From a virus: 64,000 nt of DNA. Positions within the stretch are counted from its first letter, which is position 1. Each line of letters opens with the position of its first letter. The notes beneath the pieces were generated by a model. The model was given only the letters and a program-made list of their open reading frames with translations. It was not told the origin of the DNA and did not search any database. Shown piece by piece: positions 19,433-29,445 of this stretch. The translations under genes and the position numbers were made by a program. The DNA is taken from IMG/VR virus record IMGVR_UViG_3300035181_001974, one strand, 5' to 3'.

Positions 19433-19613
19433 TGTATCATAGTTCAGAGCAAACGTGCCACGTCAGACCTCTGTCACGTTCCCATAGAAGCCAAGTCACC
19501 GAGCGACCGTCTTCCAAGACGCCGGCCTCAAAGCATAGCTCGTCCCGCGAGAAGTGATGAGGCCGATCTGCTTGTGTCTTCCTACCTGGACCACGTAGGA
19601 CCCTGGCTTCAAC

Positions 19614-19886
19614 TCAGGGCTTGGGATCCGTGGAGTGTACGTGTGCTCGAAGCTTGAAACCACATTCAGGGCACGCAAAAACAGTCCAAAACCCTTCCGG
19701 CCCATCGTGGTTTGCAGCTTCAGGATGGACACTGTGGCACTCAGGGCAGCGTCCACGCTCCATATCACGTAGGTCTTGAACGAAGGGGTGGGTATCACGC
19801 GTCTTAGCTTGTTCTGCCAACTGAGCGATGATCAAGCCCATCCCGAACAACATCAGGATGGGCGCGAGTAGTCCCGGGTCCGACAT
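19614..19886 (-). CDS. small membrane protein with C-terminal zinc-ribbon
   Basis: TM helix ILMLFGMGLIIAQL; CPEC...CPEC. Confidence 0.45.
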   Translation of the reverse strand: MSDPGLLAPILMLFGMGLIIAQLAEQAKTRDTHPFVQDLRDMERGRCPECHSVHPEAANHDGPEGFWTVFACPECGFKLRAHVHSTDPKP

Positions 19887-20094
19887 GGCTTGGCCGACTC
19901 GTAACTATGGTTCTCAAGAGGTCGTAGGTGCCACCCTCGGGACCCACAGAGATCCCAGGTTTATTCACGTGATGGACCATGGTTGGTACTGTCTTGCAAT
20001 ATTTGTCAATTGTCGACGACAGCGACCGAGTTCGACTGAGACCCATGATTCCGTTGTACAGCATCGTGTGACGGATTACATCCTAGTGGTGGAC

Positions 20095-20454
20095 ATGAGG
20101 TTGGAGCTCAACGGTAGTTCAGATCCCATCACGGTCGATGGCGACTATGAAATTGTTGTTCCTGAGCACTTCAACGTCCTCAGTGACCGCGAGATGGTCG
20201 AGGTCAATGATGCCCCTCAGCGATCCAAGATGATCTTGGCGTGTGGTCGCGTGACGAGAAGGGCTGACATTGACTTCATCACGGGTGACGGCACGATGAT
20301 GTCCGCGCCCGCCAAGTATTTTCCTCCCGGTCAGGCCTGGCCCATCGACCACGGGCACACGGTGCAGCTCGATGCTTCTGGCAGCCCGCAGGGTCGTTAT
20401 GAGATTGCCGCAGACTGGTTGATCAGTATCTCGACGGTGATCGTCAAGGCATAG
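20095..20454 (+). CDS. hypothetical protein
   Basis: Internal ATG of ORF 19828..20454 chosen to avoid overlapping the convergent minus-strand gene. Confidence 0.35.
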   Translation: MRLELNGSSDPITVDGDYEIVVPEHFNVLSDREMVEVNDAPQRSKMILACGRVTRRADIDFITGDGTMMSAPAKYFPPGQAWPIDHGHTVQLDASGSPQGRYEIAADWLISISTVIVKA

Positions 20455-20462
20455 TTAGATGG

Positions 20463-20741
20463 ATGAGGATCACCATCCGCGAACTGCGCGCTCTAATTCG
20501 AGAAGAAGTCGAGCGCAACATGCGCTGGAGCGCAGGAATCTTTAGCGGCGGACAAGAGGGTGGCTACAATGGCGGCAATGGTGCCGCACCCCCGCCCGAA
20601 CTCGGTGACGACGAGACACAAGACGATGGCAAAGAAGAACAAGAAGAACTGGAGCAACTCGGCGCAAGAGCAGCCCGAGCGCGAGGACTCGATCGAACTT
20701 CAGGGCATGATCGACGAAGCGTTGCCGGGAACCCTGTTTAG
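20463..20741 (+). CDS. leader-family ORF ([17 protein letters not shown]) followed by a Gly/Asn/acidic low-complexity region; overlaps infA in another frame
   Basis: N-terminal family motif; 115-nt out-of-frame overlap with the IF-1 gene. Confidence 0.35.
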   Translation: MRITIRELRALIREEVERNMRWSAGIFSGGQEGGYNGGNGAAPPPELGDDETQDDGKEEQEELEQLGARAARARGLDRTSGHDRRSVAGNPV

Positions 20742-20892
20742 GGTCATCTGTGACAATGGCATCAAGGTGCTGTGCACCCTGTCGGGCAAGCTGCGGCTCC
20801 ACCACATTCGCCTGCTGCCCGGCGATCGAGTGACGATTGAAGTCTCGCCTTACGACCTGACGCGGGGCCGTGTTGCCTGGCGCTCAAAGTGA
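20626..20892 (+). CDS. infA: translation initiation factor IF-1
   Basis: [60 protein letters not shown] is the S1-like IF-1 signature throughout. Confidence 0.8.
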   Translation: MAKKNKKNWSNSAQEQPEREDSIELQGMIDEALPGTLFRVICDNGIKVLCTLSGKLRLHHIRLLPGDRVTIEVSPYDLTRGRVAWRSK

Positions 20893-21269
20893 CGAACGCA
20901 GAGATGCTGTTCACGTGGTGTAGTCACTACGAGATCATGATGTTCTTCTTGGCGTTGGCGGTGATTAACGTCTGCTACGCGGCCTTCAAGGCGTTGAGCG
21001 CCTGGTCAGACGAAGTGACCTCGGCGGTCCAGGTTACTGGTGGGCCAGCGGTCTCTAGGATGGAAAGTCCTGCATTTGCGGTGACATGCATCGCCTAGAG
21101 AGCGACCAACGTGATGCCAAGTACCTGTAGTAGTACGCTGAACACGTCGGAATACCCGTCAAACGGGTCAAAATACTTGACAAGTTCTTTGAGAGCCTCT
21201 ATCGTTTTGAACAAAAGAGTTAGGCCCCGCGAGTGGAGTTGATTGTGGCAATGAATCGTTGTCGCAATA

Positions 21270-22139
21270 TCAACGTGTCTTCTTGTCGGCAGCGAGGACC
21301 TTCTGCGCGTGCATTGTAACAACCTTGTAACGGCCAGCCAGGACCTTCTTGATGTCGTTGACCTCGGCGTGCCACTGTTGCAGCAGGTCGTCCATGCCGT
21401 TCTCCTCAAGTTCAGCCGCGACTGACCCCTGAACCTCATCGATACGCGCGGCGATTGCGGGCCAACTTACTGTCATGAACTCCTTGGCTGCGACCTTGAG
21501 GTCAGCGTACTGATAGACTGACCCGGCTGCCTCGCCATAGCCGAAGTCAGGGTCCAACATTGTGTTCAGCTCACCAGCCTTGTCGTTGAAGCCAGGTCCC
21601 TTGCGACCACCCCGTGCACGGTACTTGAACGATGAACCCGGGTCGATACGGGTGACTGAGCCGTCGTCCGACGATATCAGGTTGCCGGCGCCAGTACCGA
21701 TGACGTCGTAATTGGCCAGGAAAATGTCGACGTAGACGCCTGCCTCGAGCTGCTTCGCCAGCGCCTGAGGCTTGATGCGACCGAGCGCCATCTTGCCTTT
21801 GACAGCAGCCGTGGCAATACCGACCCGTGAGTTGTTAGGATCATAGACCAACTCAATACGGCTGGGAATCTTGACGCCCGGGTAGAGGGCATACAGCTTG
21901 TAGGCGAGGTACTCGCTCATGCACTGCATGCTAGGATCGGGGTCGCCTTCGTTCCAAAGGTCCTCTGCGATGTCAGAGAACTTGACGAAGAACTTCTCCT
22001 CCGAGCCCACCAATTTGGCCACGTTCATCTCATGGGTGGAGCCCAAGGTGCCCTTCATGCCCTTGAGCTTATCGATACCGACTTCGGTAACGAGTGCCTC
22101 GCGGATGGTGCGGCGTAGGTCTTTTACCTTTATCTTCAT
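21270..22139 (-). CDS. leader-family protein of 289 aa (MKIKVKDLRRTIREAL...), function unknown
   Basis: N-terminal family motif; large globular remainder. Confidence 0.5.
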   Translation of the reverse strand: MKIKVKDLRRTIREALVTEVGIDKLKGMKGTLGSTHEMNVAKLVGSEEKFFVKFSDIAEDLWNEGDPDPSMQCMSEYLAYKLYALYPGVKIPSRIELVYDPNNSRVGIATAAVKGKMALGRIKPQALAKQLEAGVYVDIFLANYDVIGTGAGNLISSDDGSVTRIDPGSSFKYRARGGRKGPGFNDKAGELNTMLDPDFGYGEAAGSVYQYADLKVAAKEFMTVSWPAIAARIDEVQGSVAAELEENGMDDLLQQWHAEVNDIKKVLAGRYKVVTMHAQKVLAADKKTR

Positions 22140-22149
22140 AGTGCGTTTA

Positions 22150-24495
22150 TCACTTCTTTTTCGTGGATTTATTGACGAGCTTCTTGGCGGCCACAGGTTT
22201 CTTCTTGGCGATCGGTTTCTTAGCCACTGACTTATTGGTCGCCACCTTCTTCTTTTTCTTCAACGTCTTGTGGCCAACACCGCCCTTTGGCAGGCCCGGC
22301 GTCGACTTGGTGATGGAGTTGATTGACCAGAAGACCTTTGAGACATTGATCTCGCCCAAGGCAATGACCTCGTCTTCAGTCTCGTACTCATCGAAGCCCT
22401 GAACGTTGTAGAGAGCGCCCGGTCCCATGCAGAACTTGTTTGGATTCTTCTTGACAGAGGCGACCATGATGATGGCGTAAGAACCGTAACCTCCATCGTT
22501 TGAAAACTTGACAGCACCTTGCGACGTTGATGACCAGCTAGTGGCCCCGCGACCTGACAACGGCGTGAACGTGAATGATGCGGCCTTGTTTCCCTTCGGT
22601 GGCAGATCATCTCCGGGCTTTAGCTTCAAGGCCTTGCGCAGATAATCTGCAGGAACGTTCATGCCACGGAGGACGTACGCCTGCTTAGGCTCGCGGAAGA
22701 CGCTAGCGTATTGACCCTTTTGCAGGAAGGACTGGATCAGCTTAGCGTGAGCGGGTGAGATCGGATCGTTGTTGACGAAGTGGGCATACAGGTCATTGTA
22801 CAACTTCTGCTCTTCCTTCGAGTTTGCCTCATACGGAACCTTTCCCTTGCGCTGGTCGGCAAAGGCCCACTGCTGTAGGGGCGCTGAGGGCTCTGCTTCA
22901 GGAGGCGCCTTCTTCAACAGCTCGGCGTTCTTCGCCTTCGTCTTTTTGATCCAACTGCTGGCGATCTTCTTGGCGCGCTGCAGCAGTTTTGGCCTGTCAC
23001 CTTCTGAGGTCAGTGCCCATGCTTTCAGGGCGCGTTTGAGATCATTGGGCTGTTTGGTGAAGTCATCACCTTTGGAGCGCATTGTCGAAATGATGCTGCC
23101 CCAAAAGTAGGTCTCGTTCGATGACTTCTCGGGTCCAAGCGTTTCAAACGTATCCACGATGTCATCATCGGGCATCGATCTGATGGTGTCCGACAACTTG
23201 ATCAGGCCATCGATCAACGCAATGAATTGAGGATCGTCCTTTGCCTTGAGCTGTTCCTTGACCTGAGCGAGATCGTCTCTCAGGTTCTTGATGTATTCAT
23301 GCAACTCAGAGGAGTTGATGATCTGCGAGTAGGCCATGACAGCTCGCAAGCGTGTCATTGACTTAGGTCCGACCTCGGGATCGATCTTGGTGATCTTGTC
23401 GATTTTGTCAGTAAAGTCGTTGGGAAAGTTCCAAATGCTCTTGCCGAAGTAGTCCCTTGAAACTTTGGCGCCGCCCAACTTGTGAGTGAAGCGAGCGTAA
23501 TCCGCGAGCGTCTGCAGGTCCTGCAGCTGTTCCTCGGTCAGTTCACCCTTCAGGGTCTGCACGTACCTGGCGGCTTTGGGAGTCTCGCGCTCGAGCATTG
23601 CCTTGATCTGCGTGATGACCTTGCGCGCTAGCCTGCTCGAGCGTTCTGCAATCCTTGCGTACTCTTCGAGAAACTCGTTTTCATCCTCGTTAAGATACGC
23701 ATTGAACGTGTTGATGGAATTGTAGTCCGACATACCAATGTGGTAGTCGTATGAGATTACGGTCTCATAGTAGGGCTTTAGGTCGCTCGGAACCTTCTCC
23801 TTCAGAAGGTCGAGCAATTCGCGGCCTGCGTCGACCACGTCCCAGGCGGCCTCGGCCTTCTTGGCCTCAAACCCAGCGATGATCTTGTCGAGCTTGTCGA
23901 TCTCGGACTCAGCGTCCTCGCTGTCCAGTTGTTCCAACCAGCGCGTGAAGTAACCTTTGGACGACTGCAACCTGAAGTGCTTTTCAGTCGGGTTGCTTTC
24001 AATCACTGCGCCCAGGGCGTAATTCAAGAAGTCACGAGCCGTGGCGTGGTTCTTGACGTTAAGCTGCAGGTCCTGCAGGTCTTCCCTGAGGTCACGCAGG
24101 ATCGGAATTGGGATGTGTGACAGTCGCTTCAGGATCGAGTTGAACGCAATGTCCTGAATGCTCTTGTCAGCGTGGCTTGGGACCGCCTCAAAGTTTGTGA
24201 TCTTTGAAAAGAGATCATCGAGCTGATCGTCTGACAGACTGCCCAAAGCAGCCTTCAGCTTAGTGAAGAGAACTTCACTGTAGTAACCGCTGTTGCTCAG
24301 CCCGCCAGAATCCACCCAGGCATCGAATGCGTCATGTAGCTTGGCCTTGAGGCCTGGGGGCGCATCGTCTAGCGAGTCGATGGCCTTGACGATAGCTGTC
24401 GCCTTGATCTGCTTGGCAAGCTGCTTAAAGCGATCAACGAAACCGTTGAAACTGATCTCCAACAGCAGTGCGACTTCTTGTACCTTCGCCCTCAT
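22150..24495 (-). CDS. large Arg-specific ADP-ribosyltransferase (Alt-like, R-S-E class) with ~600-aa helical N-terminal region and Lys-rich tail
   Basis: C-terminal YVLRGM (Arg), SWSSTSQG (STS) and EYETEDEV (E-x-E) motifs; paralog of 60872..62377. Confidence 0.65.
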   Translation of the reverse strand: MRAKVQEVALLLEISFNGFVDRFKQLAKQIKATAIVKAIDSLDDAPPGLKAKLHDAFDAWVDSGGLSNSGYYSEVLFTKLKAALGSLSDDQLDDLFSKITNFEAVPSHADKSIQDIAFNSILKRLSHIPIPILRDLREDLQDLQLNVKNHATARDFLNYALGAVIESNPTEKHFRLQSSKGYFTRWLEQLDSEDAESEIDKLDKIIAGFEAKKAEAAWDVVDAGRELLDLLKEKVPSDLKPYYETVISYDYHIGMSDYNSINTFNAYLNEDENEFLEEYARIAERSSRLARKVITQIKAMLERETPKAARYVQTLKGELTEEQLQDLQTLADYARFTHKLGGAKVSRDYFGKSIWNFPNDFTDKIDKITKIDPEVGPKSMTRLRAVMAYSQIINSSELHEYIKNLRDDLAQVKEQLKAKDDPQFIALIDGLIKLSDTIRSMPDDDIVDTFETLGPEKSSNETYFWGSIISTMRSKGDDFTKQPNDLKRALKAWALTSEGDRPKLLQRAKKIASSWIKKTKAKNAELLKKAPPEAEPSAPLQQWAFADQRKGKVPYEANSKEEQKLYNDLYAHFVNNDPISPAHAKLIQSFLQKGQYASVFREPKQAYVLRGMNVPADYLRKALKLKPGDDLPPKGNKAASFTFTPLSGRGATSWSSTSQGAVKFSNDGGYGSYAIIMVASVKKNPNKFCMGPGALYNVQGFDEYETEDEVIALGEINVSKVFWSINSITKSTPGLPKGGVGHKTLKKKKKVATNKSVAKKPIAKKKPVAAKKLVNKSTKKK

Positions 24496-24609
24496 CGAGG
24501 GTAAATAGGCGCGCGAGGGTCAACTGAAGGTGCCAACGTTACCGCGGACAAGGAATAGCTTGATGTGCCCACCGCGGATGATTTCCTCCTCGGTCTGGCG
24601 ACCTCGATG

Positions 24610-25051
24610 TCATTTGCCGTAATCGTGGACGCCTTTGACGGTGACGATGCGGTCGGACTCATCTCCCAACACGAGAGCGTGAAGGTCATGACCGAACACT
24701 GCGCCGCCATCGATGCCCGCATGGACGCACACCACGTTATGGTCTGATACCTTGATGAGCAGAGGCAGTGAACGAAACCACTCGTAATGCTCTGACTGCA
24801 GCTGCGCTCGAGTCTTCACGTGACTGTCGGGCATGCTGGGCACGCGACCGATGCATTGAACGTGGTCCTCGTGATTTCCCAGCACGCCGGCGGGTGAATC
24901 CTGGACCTGCTCACGCTCGCGGACGAGATCGCAGCACTTGGCATTGTCGGGCCTGCGATTGACGTAGTCGCCCGGGAAGATTACTTGATCTGAGGTCGAT
25001 GGCCTCTCTCTAACATCCGTGAAGGTCGCCGATGACGATCGTCCTACTCAT
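24610..25051 (-). pseudogene. calcineurin-like metallophosphoesterase with a frameshift
   Basis: MSRTIVIGDLHG (motif I) ends at a TAG; GDYVNRRPDN ... GNHEDH ... VCVHAG motifs continue in the adjacent frame. Confidence 0.5.
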
Positions 25052-25293
25052 TTGTGATTCCACACGTGGACGTAGAACATGTCTTCCTTCTTCCAGGCGT
25101 CCTCAACTTCGAAGATATACCCATTGATCAACAGTAAGGCGTCCCACTTGCGACCGCGCGTGCCGAAGCCCGTCTCGCGGATGGCAATCACCAACGCTGT
25201 TGTGGCCCGTGGCGCGGTCGAGCTGCGGCTAAAGCCAAGAATGCTGTTGACGTACTCCTTACGGAGGTGCAAGAACGTGCCGGGGGACCACAT
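25048..25293 (-). CDS. hypothetical protein (ATGA-coupled to the metallophosphoesterase gene)
   Basis: 81-aa ORF whose stop overlaps the downstream start. Confidence 0.4.
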   Translation of the reverse strand: MWSPGTFLHLRKEYVNSILGFSRSSTAPRATTALVIAIRETGFGTRGRKWDALLLINGYIFEVEDAWKKEDMFYVHVWNHK

Positions 25294-25686
25294 GAGACAC
25301 CATCACTGCTGCATCAACCTCGCATTGATGTAACAACGCAGGCTGAACTGATGGAGGCCGACCTTCCACAGGATGTCAGACAGGATCATCAGAATCTTGG
25401 GCTTCATTGGCGAACGATCCTTCCCGAACCGAGTCTTTCGTAGTTGTCGTCAAAGACGATGAACGTCCTGCCGATGACGTTGGGAATAAAGTTGGGCGGA
25501 ATGTTGACGTCCACGATGTTGGAACTCGGAAACGTCGCCCGCAACGGGGGCGGCAACGTCAAGGCGATGATCATCGTCACCGTCTCGTCAGGTGCGGGCT
25601 GTCGGGCCCAAGTGACTTCAACTGCCAGTGTCGTCATGCGTCTATCCTAACCCCTGCTACGGCCTGAGTACTCGCCTACTTATTGT

Positions 25687-26001
25687 GTGCGGATAAAGCT
25701 AGGTGAACTAAGGCACATCATCAGGACAATCCTGATTGAGACCGGCGGTGGTTGGGCCTCACCGCCGCAGCCCGCGGCACGCAATGCCATGTCGCCCGAC
25801 ATCAACAACCGTGAGCAGCTAGGAAAGTTGCAGAGCGGCACGCCCATTGACGACGAGCTACCTGAACACCTAAGAGATCCACAGGAAGATCCCGAAGATT
25901 GCTGGGGTCCTGTGCCGCCGACGACTCCGGAACCCTATGTGTCTCAGGACCCGTTTGTTCGCGATTTCTCTCCGTTGCCGACGCCGCCAATCAGGCGGTG
26001 A
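25687..26001 (+). CDS. leader-family protein (GTG start; MRIKLGELRHIIRTIL) with Pro-rich disordered tail
   Basis: N-terminal family motif. Confidence 0.45.
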   Translation: MRIKLGELRHIIRTILIETGGGWASPPQPAARNAMSPDINNREQLGKLQSGTPIDDELPEHLRDPQEDPEDCWGPVPPTTPEPYVSQDPFVRDFSPLPTPPIRR

Positions 26002-26266
26002 CTTCGCTGGAACGCCGACGGACCAGCTCCTGGATGATGATGTCGATCTGAGCCCGCGAGGAACCCAACGTGACAAGGTCGATCAGTTCAATCTCACTAT
26101 AGTGAACCCACTTGGCCTTGAGGATCGACGGGCCAGTGACGGTGAAGATCGGGTCGATTCGAACCTTGGAACCCTTGTGTGCCAAAACTTGCCAAATGAC
26201 GCCCTCTCGGGCGCCGTTCCAGTGAACGTGGGTGACGAACTCGCCAATTTCAGGCTTGACCTTCAC
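25991..26266 (-). CDS. small PGD-x-V family protein
   Basis: IGEFVTHVHWNGAREGVIWQV. Confidence 0.4.
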   Translation of the reverse strand: MKVKPEIGEFVTHVHWNGAREGVIWQVLAHKGSKVRIDPIFTVTGPSILKAKWVHYSEIELIDLVTLGSSRAQIDIIIQELVRRRSSEVTA

Positions 26267-26751
26267 AGTTCGGCGCCTCCCTTACGGAGCAGGAACTTCA
26301 TCAGTTCGCCCAGTTCCACGTATTTGGCACCCAGGTCAGCAACCTCGACCTTCTTCAACTGTGAAACACCATGGCCGTAGTAGACCATGATGGTCTCACC
26401 CGCTCCCTTGGGCTTCTTGCCTCGAGGCGTCGGATAGAAGGTGAACAGCGGCTTGATACGAACGTAGCCGGCGACGTCGCAAGGCTTGATCTTGCGACCT
26501 TGTTCGTCCCACCTGCCGTGTTCGACGTGTTCGTACGTCTCAGTTTCTTGAGATTTGCTATTGTCCCGCCAGTTGAACTTTGTTCGAGTTCGTGTGGTCG
26601 TGCGCCGCGTGGTGTGCGGCGCTATGGGCGTCTGGTCGAAGACGATCTGATAGATACACCCACCGGTGTTATCGTTCTCAGACGCAAACGTAACGATGTC
26701 ACCGACGTTCAGTCCGAAGTCCACAATGCTCCTACGCGTGTTAGGCTGCAT
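26263..26751 (-). CDS. 162-aa protein, paralog of 28170..28670
   Basis: DFGLNVGDIVTF...GG-IYQIV and GYVRIKPLFTFYPTPRGKKPKG shared with its paralog. Confidence 0.5.
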   Translation of the reverse strand: MQPNTRRSIVDFGLNVGDIVTFASENDNTGGCIYQIVFDQTPIAPHTTRRTTTRTRTKFNWRDNSKSQETETYEHVEHGRWDEQGRKIKPCDVAGYVRIKPLFTFYPTPRGKKPKGAGETIMVYYGHGVSQLKKVEVADLGAKYVELGELMKFLLRKGGAEL

Positions 26752-26754
26752 GGT

Positions 26755-27114
26755 TCATGGTAACCCGGAAGAGCCTGAGTTTGCACCGTACTTGTAGTCG
26801 AGGTAGAAGACGAGGTCACTTGGCTGCGACATCGGTTGAACGGAAACGAGCTTCTTGATCAACGATGGCTGAAATGTCTGTCGAATGATGGGGGACACCA
26901 TCGAAGAGAAGTCGTTTTCCTTGACGTACTTCGTCCACAGGACAGAGGCCCGCTTCTTGTCGTTGGCGATGATGATGCCGAACCAACCTTCAACATCACG
27001 ACGAATCACCAGCGTCCCGGGCGTGGCCCACTTGTAACCCAGAAACTTCTTTGATGAACGCTCGGGCGGCCGGTCGGCAGGCCAGAGTTCGCTGATTGGA
27101 AGGTCGCTGATCAT
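26755..27114 (-). CDS. small PGD-x-V family protein
   Basis: ATPGTLVIRRDVEGWFGIIIA...SVLWT. Confidence 0.4.
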   Translation of the reverse strand: MISDLPISELWPADRPPERSSKKFLGYKWATPGTLVIRRDVEGWFGIIIANDKKRASVLWTKYVKENDFSSMVSPIIRQTFQPSLIKKLVSVQPMSQPSDLVFYLDYKYGANSGSSGLP

Positions 27115-27401
27115 GACTTGTTCGCAATCATCAAGTCCCGCAAGATTTCTGCATCAATGCCGTCAGCGACGTCCTTTAACATCATCTGGATCATCTTTTC
27201 CACCTTCATCCGTGAACGATCTGGATCGACCGTCCACAGGACCGAGGCGGCGTTTCCCTTGATGGCGACGACCATGCCGTTGGACTTGATGTCGTTCTTG
27301 TGCCTGACCACGTCGCCGGGATAACGAATGGTCAGCTCGGAGCGCTGCGAGGCAAAGGGCTCGCGGAGTTCCAGGTCATCAAGGAGAAATTCGCTGATCA
27401 T
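27111..27401 (-). CDS. small PGD-x-V family protein
   Basis: RYPGDVVRHKNDIKSNGMVVAIKGNAASVLWT. Confidence 0.4.
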   Translation of the reverse strand: MISEFLLDDLELREPFASQRSELTIRYPGDVVRHKNDIKSNGMVVAIKGNAASVLWTVDPDRSRMKVEKMIQMMLKDVADGIDAEILRDLMIANKS

Positions 27402-27576
27402 TGGAAGGTCTTCCTTCGCCAGGGATCTTCGTACATCCAGAACCTGCCTGAGTCGTCCTCACGGTACCTGACGATCTCGATCTGAGACTCGAGATCGCGG
27501 TCGATCGTGACCGAGATGTCACTGACATTGGGGAAATCGTGAGCGATCTCCTCGTTTCCATCATCAGGAAATTACG

Positions 27577-27912
27577 CTAAGCGTCAATCTCGTGATGGGC
27601 CTTGATGTCCTGTGCCAGCTCGGGCGACCACCGAACCTTGAGTTTACGTGTTTGAGCCTGGATCTGGGTCGACGTTACTTGGACCTGAGGCCTGATTGGA
27701 CACTTGCTCCACAGGACTGTGACGAACTTTGAATACGTCTCAACAGAGATGATCAGACCTTCGCCACCGCCAGTCTGCAGCAGCCCCTTGACCATGTCAC
27801 CGGGACGTGGCATGAACTGTTTGCTAAAGTCGCACCTGCACTGTGTGCTGTCAAACGCTTTGCCATCGCGGATGACGAGCGTCAGGTTAGTCCAAAGTTC
27901 ATTTGTCAACAT
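27577..27912 (-). CDS. small PGD-x-V family protein
   Basis: MPRPGDMVKGLLQTGGGEGLIISV...VTVLW. Confidence 0.4.
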   Translation of the reverse strand: MLTNELWTNLTLVIRDGKAFDSTQCRCDFSKQFMPRPGDMVKGLLQTGGGEGLIISVETYSKFVTVLWSKCPIRPQVQVTSTQIQAQTRKLKVRWSPELAQDIKAHHEIDA

Positions 27913-28163
27913 GGTCGTCCCTCGTAATCATCCAGCGTGGGCGTCTCCTCGACGGTCGACAATTCCCAGTCCTCCAACGAATTATTGTCGAGAACCAAGG
28001 CCTGCCACCGCCTGGGCTTATGCAGTTGTCCGTTTCGATTGTAGCCGGGCGCAGTCGAATACCAGCCGATCAACAACACGATGACTTGAGCCTGGCGACG
28101 AAGGCACCAGTAGGTCATCATGGTCCCGGGCGGGTACTTTCTCTGTATTTCCCTGCGACTCAT
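27906..28163 (-). CDS. small protein (possible PGD-x-V family member)
   Basis: KYPPGTMMTYW...VIVLLIGW. Confidence 0.3.
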   Translation of the reverse strand: MSRREIQRKYPPGTMMTYWCLRRQAQVIVLLIGWYSTAPGYNRNGQLHKPRRWQALVLDNNSLEDWELSTVEETPTLDDYEGRPC

Positions 28164-28169
28164 CTCTCC

Positions 28170-28670
28170 TCATTCGCCCTGCAACCTCCTCAACTCTTGG
28201 TTGATGAAGAGCTGGAATGATGCGAACTGCGTGGCCATCGCCATCAAGTCGATCTTCTTGACCTGTCGCTTGATCTTGCTGTAGGAGATCAACTTGCGCC
28301 CGGCCTTGGCGCCCGTCGGATAGGCCATGAAGGAAAAGACCGGCATGACCTCAATACAACCCCTGAGCCGCGTCGGGTTGATGAGATAGCCTTTGGCATC
28401 GACCCAACCATCGCGGCGCTTCTCTTTTCGGGATTTCCGCGACCATCGCGGAGAATAGTCGGTGTACTGACCCCAGCGAGCATCGCTGCGAGGTGGGCTG
28501 TCCTTCAAGATGCGATAGATGTTACCTCCTGAGTTCAGGCCATGGCCCTCGACAGTCACAAGGTCGCCTTCAGCCAGACCGAAGTCGCTGAGTTTAACTG
28601 CCATAGACTCGCGCCAGTTGGGTAGATCAGTGATCAGTGTACCGATTTCGGTCATGGTATCATCATACAC
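28170..28670 (-). CDS. 166-aa protein, paralog of 26263..26751
   Basis: DFGLAEGDLVTV...GGNIYRIL and GCIEVMPVFSFMAYPTGAKAGRK shared with its paralog. Confidence 0.5.
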   Translation of the reverse strand: MYDDTMTEIGTLITDLPNWRESMAVKLSDFGLAEGDLVTVEGHGLNSGGNIYRILKDSPPRSDARWGQYTDYSPRWSRKSRKEKRRDGWVDAKGYLINPTRLRGCIEVMPVFSFMAYPTGAKAGRKLISYSKIKRQVKKIDLMAMATQFASFQLFINQELRRLQGE

Positions 28671-28849
28671 AGCGCTAGATCATAAGTTCAGTCACCGATG
28701 TCGCACAGCATCTTACGCATGATGGCCTGCGCCGACAAGCCGCGCAAGTAACGCCGTATTGAGGGCACATCGTGGTTCATCTCCATTGTAAGACCCATGT
28801 GACGGGCGCTCTTGAACTATGTAGACCGAGCGAGCCGTTGGCAAATGTC

Positions 28850-29134
28850 TCAGTCCACTTCGACACTCGCTCCATCCCTGATCCTTATCGTCAGCAGTAT
28901 CCCATGATGGGTCAACAGGTAGTAGACGTAGAGCCTACCATCCTCACGGTATTTTGAAACGATGACCGACAGTACCAGGAAGGGCGACCTGGTCAACGTG
29001 TAGCTGTATGAATCGCCGTTCTCGAAGAATTTGAAGGCAATGGTACCCGGGGCAACGCCCAAGTCTCCCGGCAGGACGTCGTCGTAGTCCCAGCCCAGGC
29101 CCTCAAACGAGTGAAACTTCGGTTGTCTCTCCAT
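28850..29134 (-). CDS. hypothetical protein
   Basis: 94-aa ORF. Confidence 0.35.
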   Translation of the reverse strand: MERQPKFHSFEGLGWDYDDVLPGDLGVAPGTIAFKFFENGDSYSYTLTRSPFLVLSVIVSKYREDGRLYVYYLLTHHGILLTIRIRDGASVEVD

Positions 29135-29445
29135 CGAGATGTGGTATCAGCTGCGACACGTGCCTACGTTCAGGAGCGATCTACGTTTCTATGTAGACAT
29201 GAAACAGGTCCAGCGATTAACTCAACAGAAACGTCAGGTAGCGTGCACGGTTCCCCATGCGTTTCTCTTCGAGAGTGTGGCTAATCACCAGCATAAATAA
29301 GTTGGAAATCCTATATCAGCGCCCTGAAGGAAAACTTGACGGTCGTCTAAGGTGTGACACACGGTGTTGTGTCTAACGTAGACCAGGTCTCCAGGCCTCA
29401 ACCTGGCCCAGGAAAATCCTGCGTCAATAGCGGTAATGACACCCT

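Noticed and set aside
21270-22139. Protein-kinase-like assignment for the 289-aa leader-family protein (VKF ... DIFLANYD)
   Set aside because: Only loose resemblance to the kinase catalytic loop; no DFG or Gly-rich loop, so left as unknown.
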